64,000 nucleotides of DNA from Candidatus Tectimicrobiota bacterium (GTDB lineage Bacteria > JACPUC01), in contig JACPUC010000030.1 in NCBI GenBank assembly GCA_016192455.1, forward strand, positions 1-64,000, in the 5' to 3' direction. Position numbers and translations under genes: made by a program. Positions within the stretch are counted from its first letter, which is position 1. The number at the start of each line of letters is the position of its first letter. The notes beneath the pieces were generated by a model that worked only from the letters and a program-made list of their open reading frames with translations, ran no database searches and was not told where the DNA came from. This document shows, one piece after another, positions 1-9,780 of this stretch.

Positions 1-472
1 CTGCCTGGGCGTTGACGCAGACAGGCGCCTGCGGGCAGGCAGGCGTCGTCCAGCTTCCTGAACCCGACGCACCAGGACGACGACCCCGCACCCTGACCTA
101 TCACCCCTGCCGGTAACCATTACCCCGACAGGCTCCTAGGCGGCAGGCTGCCGCAGTGACGGGCCTTCTCGAAAGCAATGGTGCAGAGGCTGCCGGCCGC
201 AGGCCGAGGGGGCCGGCCCGGCCGCCCCTGCGCGGCTGCCTCCCCCTGCACAGGTTGAGAGGCCGGAACGCGGTGCTGAATTGCCATTTCATCCGGTACT
301 GGTGTAGGCTACCGGCGGTCTCGGCAGGCCGGCGGTTCGGGGTCGTTTGAGAGTGCTCATGGCGGCCGCGGGGCAGCAGCGGTGGAGATGTCGCCGTCCG
401 GCGCCAGGTGAGACGCCGCAATCAGATCCAAGCAGATGACCCGCTGGATGGCGCCGGGTCCTGGAGAACGTT

Positions 473-2842
473 ATGCGGATACGAACCCTGTTCCACGCTG
501 CGCTGGCCGCCGTGCTGGCGCTGATGTTTTGGCTCTCAACGGCTTCTGCGTACGCCCCCGAGATCGTCAGCCTGCCCTTTGTGCAAGGCGGCGTCATTCA
601 ACCGCCACCCCTGAGTGGACCGTTTCATCGACTGCGCTGGAACCTGGGAGACTTTCCGCAGGGGCGCGTGCCCTTTATCGTGAATCCGAAGTCGCCGCCG
701 GGCGGCACCCTCATCCCGCTGCCCGCCCCTGATACCCTCTTCGAAATCGTCCGCACCACGCTCAATGTCTGGGAAGATATCCCCACGGCAACCATCAAGT
801 TTAACTTCAGCGCCCCCAGCGACGCGCCGTGCTGCGGCAAGCTGGACGGCATCAACCTCATCACCTTCGCCGATCCTCTTTCAGACGTCGGCCCGGGCGT
901 CGTTGCCACGACCACGGTGTACGCCGTCTTGGAGGCCGGTCCATTCCATCTCCCCGGAACAACCATCGACACGGTCATCGATTTCCCCGGCCAGCTCATC
1001 GAGACCGATTTCGCCTTCAACCCGCAGGTGGAACTGTCGGTGACGCAGATGTCCAACGCCATCGACATCCCCGGAACCATGTTCCATGAGATTGGCCATG
1101 CCATCGGCTTGGATCATACGGCGATCTTGACCTCCACCATGTTCCCCTTCGGCGACCGCGGTGATCTTGATGTGCGCAGCCCCGAGGTGGACGACGTGGT
1201 CGGCATCTCGGCGACGTATCCCGATGAGTCGGCGTTTTCACGCGCCTATGGCTCCATCCGCGGCTCCGTTACGACGACGGCGGACGCGCCGGTCTTCGGC
1301 GGGCACGTGGTGGCGGAAGAGGCAAGCACCGGGGTGGCGGTGGTGAGCGCCGTCTCCCAGCCCGATGGAACCTATGCCATTGAGGGCCTGCCGCCGGGAG
1401 AGTATCGCCTCTTTGTCGAACCACTCGACGGGCCGGTGCGGCCCACCAGTTTTGACCTCGGCTCGATCTTCACCTTCTCTCCCGACGCCTTCAAGACCAA
1501 GTACCGCGACGGAACCGCCACCGTCACCGCCGGCAACGGCTTGACCGGCATCGATATCAGCGGCGTCATCGCCGAGGACCCCACCTTGAACCTGACGAAG
1601 ATCAGCCGCGTCGGTGTTTTCGACCTTGCCGGCGGGACGGTCTTCTTCATTCCGCGCCCGTCGGGCGGCTTCGAGGTGACGCTTGATGCCCCAGCCGGCC
1701 TCGATTCCTCCTTCGTGACGGAAAAGGGAACCGGACTGGGCCTCGACGACGACGACTCGCAGGAGGTTGCTTTCTCCCGCGGCTTCACCTTCCCCTTCTA
1801 CGGCGCCACGCATAGCTCCATCTTCGTGAACTCGAACGGCGTCCTGACCTTCAGCGAAAACAACACCAGTTTCCCCGAGAGCAAGGAGGAGTTCCTGCGT
1901 TTTCGCCAGCCGTCCATCGCGCCCTTGTTCGTGGACCTCAATCCGGGAGTGAATGGCGTTGATGTCGGCGTGGGGGCCGATGTCTTCGCTAAGCAGGAGG
2001 CTGCGCGCTTCATCGTGACGTATTGGGAGCTGCCGCAGTTCGGCGGCACGGCGACGAGCACCTTCCAGGTGGTCCTGCACGCTCAGGGGGTTATCCAGTT
2101 CACCTACCAGGATGTCAGCGCCACCAATGGCATGTTTGGCGTCAGCCCTGGTGGTGATGAGGTCAGCGCCGCCGAGCTGAACGTCTCCGTCGATGCCCCC
2201 TTCACCAGCGAGCCGGGTCGCGCCGTCCTGCAAACGTTCTTCAATTTAAAGCAGGACGCCGGCGTGGCGTTCGAGCAGGGGGGATCGGTGATCATCAATC
2301 TGGAGGGGAGCGGCCTCGACGCCTCCAGAGCGACGATCCGTATCCCCGGCTCCGGTGTGGAGGTGCGGCAGATCGACGACCTCAGCGGCAGGTTCAACGT
2401 GCACCTCCGCGCCGCGGAAGATGCTCCCTTGGGCGCGCGCAACGTCGTCCTCGAACGAACCCAGGAGCCGCTCGAGCTTGCCGTCCTCACCGGCGCGGTC
2501 GAAGTGCGCCCCAAGACCTCCGCTCCCCAGCCGCCGCCCGTCGCCGCGCCGACGCTGAGCGTGACGCCGCCATCGATCACCACCAGCCAGCCGGTTGACG
2601 TGGTCATCACGGCCACCTTCCTCGGCGGCATCGACAGCGTCACCCGCTTCACCATCACGCTGGATGGCGTTGACATCACGGCTTCGATTCTGGCGGTTGG
2701 TGTCGTCTCCGCCGGCGAACGTTCGGCCTCCCTCACCGTGCCCGGCGTCAGGGTTGCCGCGGGGACGAACTTCACCGCCCAGCTCGACTTGACCACCACC
2801 GGCGGCTCCGCCTCGGCGACGTTCCAGGCCAACGTGCCGTAG
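473..2842 (+). CDS. Secreted matrixin-like (M10/metzincin) zinc metalloprotease with carboxypeptidase-regulatory-like, nidogen-like and C-terminal Ig-like domains
   Basis: N-terminal signal peptide (…LAAVLALMFWLSTASA); HEIGHAIGLDH zinc motif with Met-turn STMFP; GSIRGSV…GTYAIEGLPPGEY beta-sandwich; FTFPFYG…VNSNGVLTF…IAPLFVDLNP nidogen-like motif. Confidence 0.85.
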   Translation: MRIRTLFHAALAAVLALMFWLSTASAYAPEIVSLPFVQGGVIQPPPLSGPFHRLRWNLGDFPQGRVPFIVNPKSPPGGTLIPLPAPDTLFEIVRTTLNVWEDIPTATIKFNFSAPSDAPCCGKLDGINLITFADPLSDVGPGVVATTTVYAVLEAGPFHLPGTTIDTVIDFPGQLIETDFAFNPQVELSVTQMSNAIDIPGTMFHEIGHAIGLDHTAILTSTMFPFGDRGDLDVRSPEVDDVVGISATYPDESAFSRAYGSIRGSVTTTADAPVFGGHVVAEEASTGVAVVSAVSQPDGTYAIEGLPPGEYRLFVEPLDGPVRPTSFDLGSIFTFSPDAFKTKYRDGTATVTAGNGLTGIDISGVIAEDPTLNLTKISRVGVFDLAGGTVFFIPRPSGGFEVTLDAPAGLDSSFVTEKGTGLGLDDDDSQEVAFSRGFTFPFYGATHSSIFVNSNGVLTFSENNTSFPESKEEFLRFRQPSIAPLFVDLNPGVNGVDVGVGADVFAKQEAARFIVTYWELPQFGGTATSTFQVVLHAQGVIQFTYQDVSATNGMFGVSPGGDEVSAAELNVSVDAPFTSEPGRAVLQTFFNLKQDAGVAFEQGGSVIINLEGSGLDASRATIRIPGSGVEVRQIDDLSGRFNVHLRAAEDAPLGARNVVLERTQEPLELAVLTGAVEVRPKTSAPQPPPVAAPTLSVTPPSITTSQPVDVVITATFLGGIDSVTRFTITLDGVDITASILAVGVVSAGERSASLTVPGVRVAAGTNFTAQLDLTTTGGSASATFQANVP

Positions 2843-2848
2843 CCGGGC

Positions 2849-3670
2849 GGCGCGGGGGACGCGGAGAGGCGGAGGGGAACCACGGATACACACAGATGGA
2901 CACTGATGATCCCTCTCTCCCTGGGAGAGGGCCGGGTGAGGGCGCCGAAGGCTATCCGTGTTCATCCGTGTTCATCTGTGGTTTCTTGTATGCCGCTGGT
3001 AGGGGCGGTTCGCGAACCGCCCCTACGATCGATGGTTTTCTCCATTCTCTGCGATCTCAGCGTCTCCGCGGTTGAACTCTACCGCCACGGCGCGGGGGAC
3101 GCGGAGAGGTGGAGGGAACCACGGATACACACAGATGGACACTGATGATCCCTCTCTCCCTGGGAGAGGGCGGGGTGAGGGTGCCGAAGGCTATCCGTGT
3201 TCATCCGTGTTCATCTGTGGTTTCTTACATGCCGCTGGTAGGGGCGGTTCGCGAACCGCCCCTACGATCGACGGTGTTCTCCATTCTCTGCGATCTCTGC
3301 GTCTCCGCGGTGGGGATTCACCGCCGAGGCGCGGAGGACGCGGAGAGGTGCAGGGGAACCACGGATACACACAGATGCACACGGATGAACCCTCTCCCCC
3401 TGGGAGAGGGCCGGGTGAGGGTGCCGAAGGCTATCTGTGTTCATCTGTGTTCATCTGTGGTTTCTTACATGCCGCTGGTAGGGGCGGTTCGCGAACCGCC
3501 CCTACGATCGATGGTGTTCTCCATTCTCTGCGATCTCTGCGTCTCCGCGGTTGAAATTCAGCGTCTCCGCGGTTGAACTGTACCGCCGAGGCGCGGAGGA
3601 CGCGGAGAACCACGGATAGACACAGATAGACACTGATATCCGTGTTGATCCGTGTTGATCCGTGGTTCCC
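2849..3670. repeat. Tandem array of ~240-bp units (3 full + 1 partial), each a mosaic of nested palindromic REP-like elements (BIME-like)
   Basis: Unit starts CGCGG(G/A)GGAC at 2851, 3091, 3330, 3592; perfect 28-bp palindrome GTAGGGGCGGTTCGCGAACCGCCCCTAC at 2999, 3238, 3478; lies between convergent genes. Confidence 0.95.
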
Positions 3671-3689
3671 TAATTCTCCTCTCACCTTT

Positions 3690-6533
3690 CTACCCACTCC
3701 TCTCTGGCCGCGCCGCGGCCCTTCCTTCCGCCACGATCTCCTCGATGATGGCCTCCAACCGCGGCCGCACCTCCGCCTCCAGGCGGGCAAACGCCTCGTC
3801 GCCGAGGTGTTGGCGGAGGAGTGCTATTTCTCTCTCTGGTTTGTCCGCTTCCGGCGACTGAATCTGCCGGAAGATGTCCGCCGAGCGCAGCCGGCAGGCC
3901 AGGGCGCGGTCGAAGCGTTGTTGTCGAACGAATGCCACGCCCAGGTTGCCGAGCTGGCTCCCCTCGCCGCGGCGGTCGCCGATCTCGCGGCTGATGACCA
4001 GCGCCTGCTTGTAGTGCTCGATGGCGCGCCCCACCTCGTCCCGGTGCCGGTAGCAGAGGCCCAGGTTGCCGAGGGCGTTCCCCTCGCCGCGGCGGTCGCC
4101 GATCTCGCGGCTGATCGCCAGCGCCTGCTCGTGGCAGTCGATGGCGCGCGGCGCGTCGCCCAGACCCTGGTAGCAGATCCCCAGGTTGCCGAGGTCGCTC
4201 CCCTCGCCGCGTCGGTCGCCGATCTCCCGGCTGATCGCCAACGCCTGCTTGTGGCAGTCGATGGCGCGCCCCACCTCGCCCAGGTCCTGGTAGCAGTTTC
4301 CCAGGTTGCCAAGGGCGTTCCCCTCGCCGCGTCGGTCGCCGATGTCCCGGTTGATCGCCAGCGCCTGCTCGAGGTGCTCGATGGCGCGCGGCACCTCGCC
4401 CAGGTTCCAGTAACAGATCCCCAGGTTGCCGAGGGCGCTCCCCTCCCCTTGCCGGTTGCCGATCTCGTGATGGATCGCCAACGCCTGCTGGTGGTAGTCG
4501 ATGGCGTGCCCCACCTCGCCCTGAAGCCTGTAACAGATCCCCAGGTTGCCGAGGTCGCTCCCCTCGCCGCGCCGGTCGCGGATCTCCCGGCTGCTCGCCA
4601 ACGCCTGCTTGTGGTAGTCGATGGCGCGCCCCACCTCGCCAAGGTCCTGGTAGCAGTTTCCCAGGTTGCCGAGGGCGTTCCCCTCGACGCGCCGGTCGCC
4701 GATCTCGCGGCTGATCGCCAGCGCCTGCTCGTAGTTGTCGATGGCGCGCCCCACCTCGCCCAGGTCCTGGTAGCACAGGCCCAGGTTGCCGAGCTGGTTC
4801 CCCTCGCCGCGCCGGTCGCCGATCTCGCGGCTGATCGCCAGCGCCTGCTCGTGGCAGTCGATGGCGCGCGGCACCTCGCCCAGGTTCTGGTAGCAGATTC
4901 CCAGGTTGCCGAGGACCGCGCCTTGGTGCTGCTTTTCCGAGAGTCGCGGCGGCTCCTCCGGATGTTGCGGCAGCAAGCGCTCGTACACCTCCACGAGCAG
5001 TCGCGCATGGCCCCACCGGTCGAGCCTCTCATCCAAGTCATGCGCGAAGAAGAAGCTACACGCCCCGTCGTAGTCGCGCGCTTCGCAGAGGTGGTGGAAC
5101 GTCTCCAGGAACTCGGGGTAGGTCTCCTGCGTGACCTCCGCGTGCGGGGAGGCGTAGTAGTTCGCGGCGCGCAGGTGGAGTTGCCGTTGCTGCTCCGGCT
5201 CGATGGTGCTGCTCAAATAGTCGCCGATGAGGTGGTGGACGCGGTAGGCCGGCGTCTCGTCGCGGTCCACGAGGTGAGCGAGGAAGAGTGGCGCCAGGAG
5301 GTTTTCCGTGTTGGCGTCGTCCTGCCCGCTGAGCGCCGTGAGCGCCGCGAAGGGGACGGGACGGCGCATCAGGCTGAGGCCGGCGAGCAGGGCGCGCTGC
5401 TCCTCGGGCAGGGGTGTGACAAGCTCGTCCAAGAGGTAGGTCTGAATCGCCTGCGTCCCCTGCGGCAGCTCGTCCACCACCTGCCGCAGGCCGCGCACCA
5501 CGGCGCGCGCCGCCAGCAGCTCAAGCAGCTTCGGGTAGCCGCCGACGCGCTGCGACGCCTGGCGTCGCAGTTCCACTGGCTCCGCCGCCAGGCCAAGGCG
5601 CCCCAGCACCGCCGCGCCGGCCCTCTCGTCGAGACCGCCGAGGCTGCCGCCGGCGATGCTGACGGCGTCATGGAGAAACGGCAGCCCCCGCCGCGAGGTG
5701 ACGATGAGGTGTCCCGTTTCCAGCAGGCCGTTCAGGCAGGCCAGCAGCTCGTTCAGCGGCTCCGCCGCCTCGCCCCGGTTCAGCACGCGCTCGTAGGCGT
5801 CCAGGAAGAGCGCCCCGCCGCAGGTCTCGATCTCCCGCGCCAGGAGCTGCGCCAGTTCGGCGGGCGTCGCCGTCGCCGCCGCCGCGTTGGACTGCCGCAG
5901 GCGCTCCGCCTGCTCCTGCGGCAGCCAGTCCGCCACGCGGTCAACCAGCACCCCCGGCGCGTCAATCGACTCCGCCTCGATCCAGATCAGCGTGCGCCCC
6001 TGCCAGTCCTTGGCGAACTCCTTCGCCAGCTCCGATTTCCCCGCCCCCGCGATGCCGTCGATGATCACCGTGCAGCGGTGGCCCCAAACCGCATCGCGCA
6101 ATTCCGCCAACTCGTCCTGCCGCCCCTCGAAGTTCGCCGTCGGGCGGGGAAAGACGTTCCTCGGTGGAGGTACAGGTACGGTTGGTGGAGGTGGCGAGGG
6201 GCCGGGGCTAATTGCTATGGCAATTGCGGTTGCTTGAGGCGCGGCAGTAGGGGCTGCTTTTACAGAAATCGTCTGCTTCCTTTTCTTGCGTAATTGCAAG
6301 CGAAGTAAAAGGAGCGCAATGAGGAGACCTGCTCCGGCTGTTTTTTGGAAACCAGAATCATGGAGTAACTGGGTGAGGGTGAGATCACGGTAGTAGAGCC
6401 AAATCCAACCTCCGAGGAACAAGGCTGCTATGTAAGCCCTGATGGGAACGGGCAAGAAATCCAGATAATGCCACGGCATAACTGCCCCACCCACGACTAC
6501 CAGCCAAAGCAAAGTCTCTATGCAGCATAGCAC
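3690..6533 (-). CDS. STAND-type NB-ARC ATPase with N-terminal transmembrane helices and C-terminal TPR array (start may instead be ATG at 6479)
   Basis: Walker A GIAGAGKS, Walker B LFLDAYE, LIVTSR, GGYP, VHHLI motifs; ~9 repeats of 40 aa (GNLGxCYxxLG…AIDxHxQALAISREIGDRRGEG); hydrophobic N-terminus. Confidence 0.85.
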   Translation of the reverse strand: MLCCIETLLWLVVVGGAVMPWHYLDFLPVPIRAYIAALFLGGWIWLYYRDLTLTQLLHDSGFQKTAGAGLLIALLLLRLQLRKKRKQTISVKAAPTAAPQATAIAIAISPGPSPPPPTVPVPPPRNVFPRPTANFEGRQDELAELRDAVWGHRCTVIIDGIAGAGKSELAKEFAKDWQGRTLIWIEAESIDAPGVLVDRVADWLPQEQAERLRQSNAAAATATPAELAQLLAREIETCGGALFLDAYERVLNRGEAAEPLNELLACLNGLLETGHLIVTSRRGLPFLHDAVSIAGGSLGGLDERAGAAVLGRLGLAAEPVELRRQASQRVGGYPKLLELLAARAVVRGLRQVVDELPQGTQAIQTYLLDELVTPLPEEQRALLAGLSLMRRPVPFAALTALSGQDDANTENLLAPLFLAHLVDRDETPAYRVHHLIGDYLSSTIEPEQQRQLHLRAANYYASPHAEVTQETYPEFLETFHHLCEARDYDGACSFFFAHDLDERLDRWGHARLLVEVYERLLPQHPEEPPRLSEKQHQGAVLGNLGICYQNLGEVPRAIDCHEQALAISREIGDRRGEGNQLGNLGLCYQDLGEVGRAIDNYEQALAISREIGDRRVEGNALGNLGNCYQDLGEVGRAIDYHKQALASSREIRDRRGEGSDLGNLGICYRLQGEVGHAIDYHQQALAIHHEIGNRQGEGSALGNLGICYWNLGEVPRAIEHLEQALAINRDIGDRRGEGNALGNLGNCYQDLGEVGRAIDCHKQALAISREIGDRRGEGSDLGNLGICYQGLGDAPRAIDCHEQALAISREIGDRRGEGNALGNLGLCYRHRDEVGRAIEHYKQALVISREIGDRRGEGSQLGNLGVAFVRQQRFDRALACRLRSADIFRQIQSPEADKPEREIALLRQHLGDEAFARLEAEVRPRLEAIIEEIVAEGRAAARPERSG
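3930..4915. repeat. Intragenic 120-bp tandem repeat encoding the TPR units
   Basis: CCAGGTTGCC recurs at exactly 120-bp spacing: 3941, 4061, 4181, 4301, 4421, 4541, 4661, 4781, 4901. Confidence 0.95.
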
Positions 6534-6595
6534 GTTTCGTTCGTCGTTGCGGCAAGGCGGTTGGTGATAAGGAAGGGAGGGTGGTCGTCGGGCTC

Positions 6596-6835
6596 GTGTT
6601 AGGTCTCACAAGTTCCATCACATCTTTGCGGCCTTGCTCGCTGTGTTGGCAAGGGGCCTGTGAGAGACCCATGCGCTCCCACACCCCTATTCCCCGCGAG
6701 CAGCGTAGCAGTTCGCGTAAGCGGGGTGCGCGCGGAACATTGTTCCGGGGACACGGTTCCCTCGCAGACTGAGGTTCCGGGCAGGGCAGGATCATTGATC
6801 CTCGGATCATTGATCCTCGCCCGCCCCTACAAGTC
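6596..6835 (+). repeat. Copy of dispersed MITE-like repeat family
   Basis: Colinear similarity with 57241-57440 (GTGTT..GTCTCA.AAGTTC end, TGCTCGCTG..TTGGCAAGGGG, CCCACACCCC, ACACGGTTCC..CAGACTGAGGTT, CCCGCCCCTAC). Confidence 0.8.
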
Positions 6836-6854
6836 CTGCCCGCCTACGTGAGCA

Positions 6855-7982
6855 TCAGCCTTGTAGGACGACCGCGGCGTGCATGCCCTCGAAGGAGGAG
6901 GCGAGGGCGAGGCAGGCTGGGGGGCGCTGGCTGGAGGATGCCGGCGCTCCTGGGGGCGGCGCCGAGCCGGCCAGCCAGAGGGCGCCGTAGGCGGCGTTCA
7001 GGCTGCCGCCCATGGCGCAGGTCTCGCCGGTCCAGCGCTTCAGGGCGATGCTGGGGGGGAGGCGCCCGGCTCCGAAGAGCTGGCGCAGCGCCTCCTGCTC
7101 CTGCTCATCCAGCAGCGTGCCGTTTTCGTTCAGGCAGATGAGCTGAATGGCGTCCGGGGCCAGCCTGGCGTCGCGCAGCGCCATGCGCATCGCCCGCAGC
7201 AGGCCGCTGGAGCCGGGATCGCCGGAGAGGCCGTAGCCCGCGCAGCGCGCGTAGACGCGGGCCCGGCGCGCAACGGCCTGCTCCTCCCTCTCGAGGAGGA
7301 GGCTGACGCAGCCTTCACCGAGGGGGATGTCCGTCTGCCCGCCGCCGAGCATGCCGAGCGCGGCCGCGTAGTAATCGAAGAGGCTGTCGCTCAAACAGTC
7401 TGCCCCGCACGCCAGCAAGGCATCCGCCCTTCTTCCCCGCAGGCTCTCCAGCGCGTAGGCGACCGCTCCCAGCCCCCCTGCCTCGCCCATGGACAACGTG
7501 CACATCACCCCTTGCAAGCCGAAGTGAATGGCGACGACCCCTGGGTGCATGTTCGAGGTGAGGGCCTCGGGGATGACGATGGGGCTGAGCTTCTGTGGGC
7601 CTTGCTCGAGCAGCTCGCGCCAGCCCCGCTCCCGGCTGATGGGGTCTCCGTGCGCGGAGGCGTAGATGATGCCGAGTCGTGGCGCGTCCATCGCCGGCGG
7701 CGCCAGCTCGGCATCGGCGAGCGCCAGGTGGGCGCCGAGCAGCGACAGCTCGGTCAAGCGCGACACATACCCGACGGAGCGGAAGGCGAGGTGATGGTCG
7801 AGCTGAAAGGGGCAGGCGGCGCGCGCGTCGCGCACCTGCGGCGGGGCTTCCGAAGGGGTCTCCCGGCGCGCCGGGGGCGAGGTGGCGAGGCCTGCCTGAA
7901 CGGCCTGCGCGCCGATCCCGAAACACGAGACAATGCCCATGCCGGTGATGACGACCGCCGGCGCACGCTGCGGGCTCTTCAC
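6855..7982 (-). CDS. Ketosynthase-fold protein lacking catalytic residues (chain-length-factor-like)
   Basis: VVITGMGIVS start and GEG motif; catalytic Cys site reads SMGEAGG, His sites read NENGT and GETCA. Confidence 0.75.
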   Translation of the reverse strand: MKSPQRAPAVVITGMGIVSCFGIGAQAVQAGLATSPPARRETPSEAPPQVRDARAACPFQLDHHLAFRSVGYVSRLTELSLLGAHLALADAELAPPAMDAPRLGIIYASAHGDPISRERGWRELLEQGPQKLSPIVIPEALTSNMHPGVVAIHFGLQGVMCTLSMGEAGGLGAVAYALESLRGRRADALLACGADCLSDSLFDYYAAALGMLGGGQTDIPLGEGCVSLLLEREEQAVARRARVYARCAGYGLSGDPGSSGLLRAMRMALRDARLAPDAIQLICLNENGTLLDEQEQEALRQLFGAGRLPPSIALKRWTGETCAMGGSLNAAYGALWLAGSAPPPGAPASSSQRPPACLALASSFEGMHAAVVLQG

Positions 7983-7985
7983 GGG

Positions 7986-9251
7986 CTAGCCTTCCTCCCG
8001 CGCTCGCCCCTTGCGTCGCCGAGGACGCTCCCGATCGCGCGGCGAGCCGGCCACGATGATCGAGGCGTTGCTGCCGCCGAAGCCGGCAGAGTTCGACATG
8101 GCGATCCTCAGCTCGGCGCGGCGCGGGAGATTGGGGACGTAGTCGAGGTCGCAGTCCTTGTCCGGTTCCGCATAGTTCAACGTTGGCGGCACCATCCCGT
8201 GCTGCAGGCTGAGGATGCAGGCGATGAGCTCGACGGCGCTGGCGCTGGCCGTGGTGTGGCCGATGAACGGCTTGATCGTGCTGATGGGGATGGCGCGGGC
8301 GCGCCGCCCGAAGATGGTCTTCACGGCGCGCGTCTCGGCGCTGTCGTTGTGGCGGGTGCCGGTGCCGTGGGCGTTGATGTAGTCGATCTCGTCCGCCCGC
8401 ACCGCCGCGTCGTCGAGCGCCGCGCGCATGGCGCGGGCAAGGCCGGCGCCGGTGGGATTGGGGCGGGTGATGCTGGAGGCGTCGCAGCTCTGGCCGTAGC
8501 CGAGAATCTCCGCCTGCATGGCGGCGCCCCGCCGCCGGGCTGAGTCGTAGGTTTCCAGGATGAGGACGGCGCCCGCCTCGCCGAGGAGCAGGCCGCTGCG
8601 GCGCCGGTCGAAAGGGCAGTACGTCCCCGCGGTGAGGGCGCGCAGCGCGTCGAAGCGCGCCTGTTCGAGGCGAGATACGTCGCTCACGGCCCCCGCCACG
8701 AAGATGGAGGAGTGCCCGGCGCGGAGCGTATCGAGGCCGAAGCCGATCGCCGTCGTGCCGGCAATGCAGGCATTGGTGAACGCCACGCACGGACCGGGAA
8801 GGCGGAGCAAGCGGGCCACGCGCACCGTGGCAAGGTGGTAGGAGCGTTCCAGCACCGCCGGCGCGGGGCAGGCCTGCCAGGGCTCGCCGGCGAGGTAGTC
8901 CCCCTCGCGCTCCTCGCCCCCCAGCGAGGCGATGCTGCAGCCGGCGTTGGCGGCGCGGAGCTGCTCGACGCTCAGGCCAGCGTGGCGCACTGCCTCCGCG
9001 GCGCACCAGAGGCCGAGCTTCGAGGTCTCATCCATGCCGGCCCAGGCGGCTTCCGCATGCACGCGGGCCCGGTCGCCGGGGGGAATCTCACCGGCAATGG
9101 GGGTGCGGAAGCCGGCGGGCTCGAAGGAAGTGATGGGAGCGATGGCGCTCTTAGCCGAGAGGAGCCCATGCCAAAAGGCCTCGATGCCATCCCCGAAGGG
9201 GGTGATGAGGTGCATGCCGGTGATAACGACGCGGGGTCTCTCGGTTTGCAT
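7986..9251 (-). CDS. Beta-ketoacyl-ACP synthase (FabF/type II PKS KS-like), catalytically intact
   Basis: TNACIAG (Cys), INAHGTGT (His), IGHTTA (His), NSAGFGGSN; ATG at 9251. Confidence 0.88.
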   Translation of the reverse strand: MQTERPRVVITGMHLITPFGDGIEAFWHGLLSAKSAIAPITSFEPAGFRTPIAGEIPPGDRARVHAEAAWAGMDETSKLGLWCAAEAVRHAGLSVEQLRAANAGCSIASLGGEEREGDYLAGEPWQACPAPAVLERSYHLATVRVARLLRLPGPCVAFTNACIAGTTAIGFGLDTLRAGHSSIFVAGAVSDVSRLEQARFDALRALTAGTYCPFDRRRSGLLLGEAGAVLILETYDSARRRGAAMQAEILGYGQSCDASSITRPNPTGAGLARAMRAALDDAAVRADEIDYINAHGTGTRHNDSAETRAVKTIFGRRARAIPISTIKPFIGHTTASASAVELIACILSLQHGMVPPTLNYAEPDKDCDLDYVPNLPRRAELRIAMSNSAGFGGSNASIIVAGSPRDRERPRRRKGRAREEG

Positions 9252-9282
9252 TGGGATGCGCTGGATGCTCGGCAGAGCGAGG

Positions 9283-9780
9283 CTAGGAGGAAGGTTCGCG
9301 GCGCGGCACGACTCCGAAGGCCATCTCCGCATCGGCGGCCACCTCGCCGGCCACCAGGCCCCGTCCCTCCACCATCCCTCCACTGGCGAGCGCTTTGAGG
9401 ACCGTCACTTCCAGGTAGAGCGCATCACCTGGAACAACCGGACGACGAAACCGCGCATGGGCGCTGCCAAACAGGAAGAGCTTGTCGTCGAACGCCGTCT
9501 GGGGGGTGCTTTTCCGGAACAGCAGGATCGTCGCCTGGCCGAGCGCTTCCAGGATCAGCGCGCCGGGCATGATCGGTCTGCCGGGGAAATGCCCCTGCAT
9601 GAACCACTCGTTGGCGGTGACGTTCTTCAGGCAGACGATGCGCCGATGCGGCTCGAAGGAGACAATCCGGTCAATGAAGAGGAACGGCGCGCGTTGCGGC
9701 AGGAGCTGAAAAATCTCGTCCTGGGGGGATGCGGTCGGCGCCGCCTGGGCTCCGCGAGCTTGCCGCGGGCGCTGCTGCAT
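9283..9780 (-). CDS. fabZ: 3-hydroxyacyl-ACP dehydratase
   Basis: LPQRAPFLFIDRI, KNVTANEWFMQGHFPGRPIMPGALILEALGQ, FRRPVVPGD motifs; ATG at 9780 after GGGAG. Confidence 0.9.
   Translation of the reverse strand: MQQRPRQARGAQAAPTASPQDEIFQLLPQRAPFLFIDRIVSFEPHRRIVCLKNVTANEWFMQGHFPGRPIMPGALILEALGQATILLFRKSTPQTAFDDKLFLFGSAHARFRRPVVPGDALYLEVTVLKALASGGMVEGRGLVAGEVAADAEMAFGVVPRREPSS

Noticed and set aside
2849-3670. Possible CRISPR array, and the ORFs 2906-3145, 3072-3554 and 3109-3576
   Set aside because: Whole 240-bp units repeat with no unique spacers and there are no cas genes; the ORFs are translations of the palindromic repeat
3642-6293. 883-aa plus-strand repeat ORF
   Set aside because: Antisense shadow of the NB-ARC-TPR gene, typical of high-GC DNA
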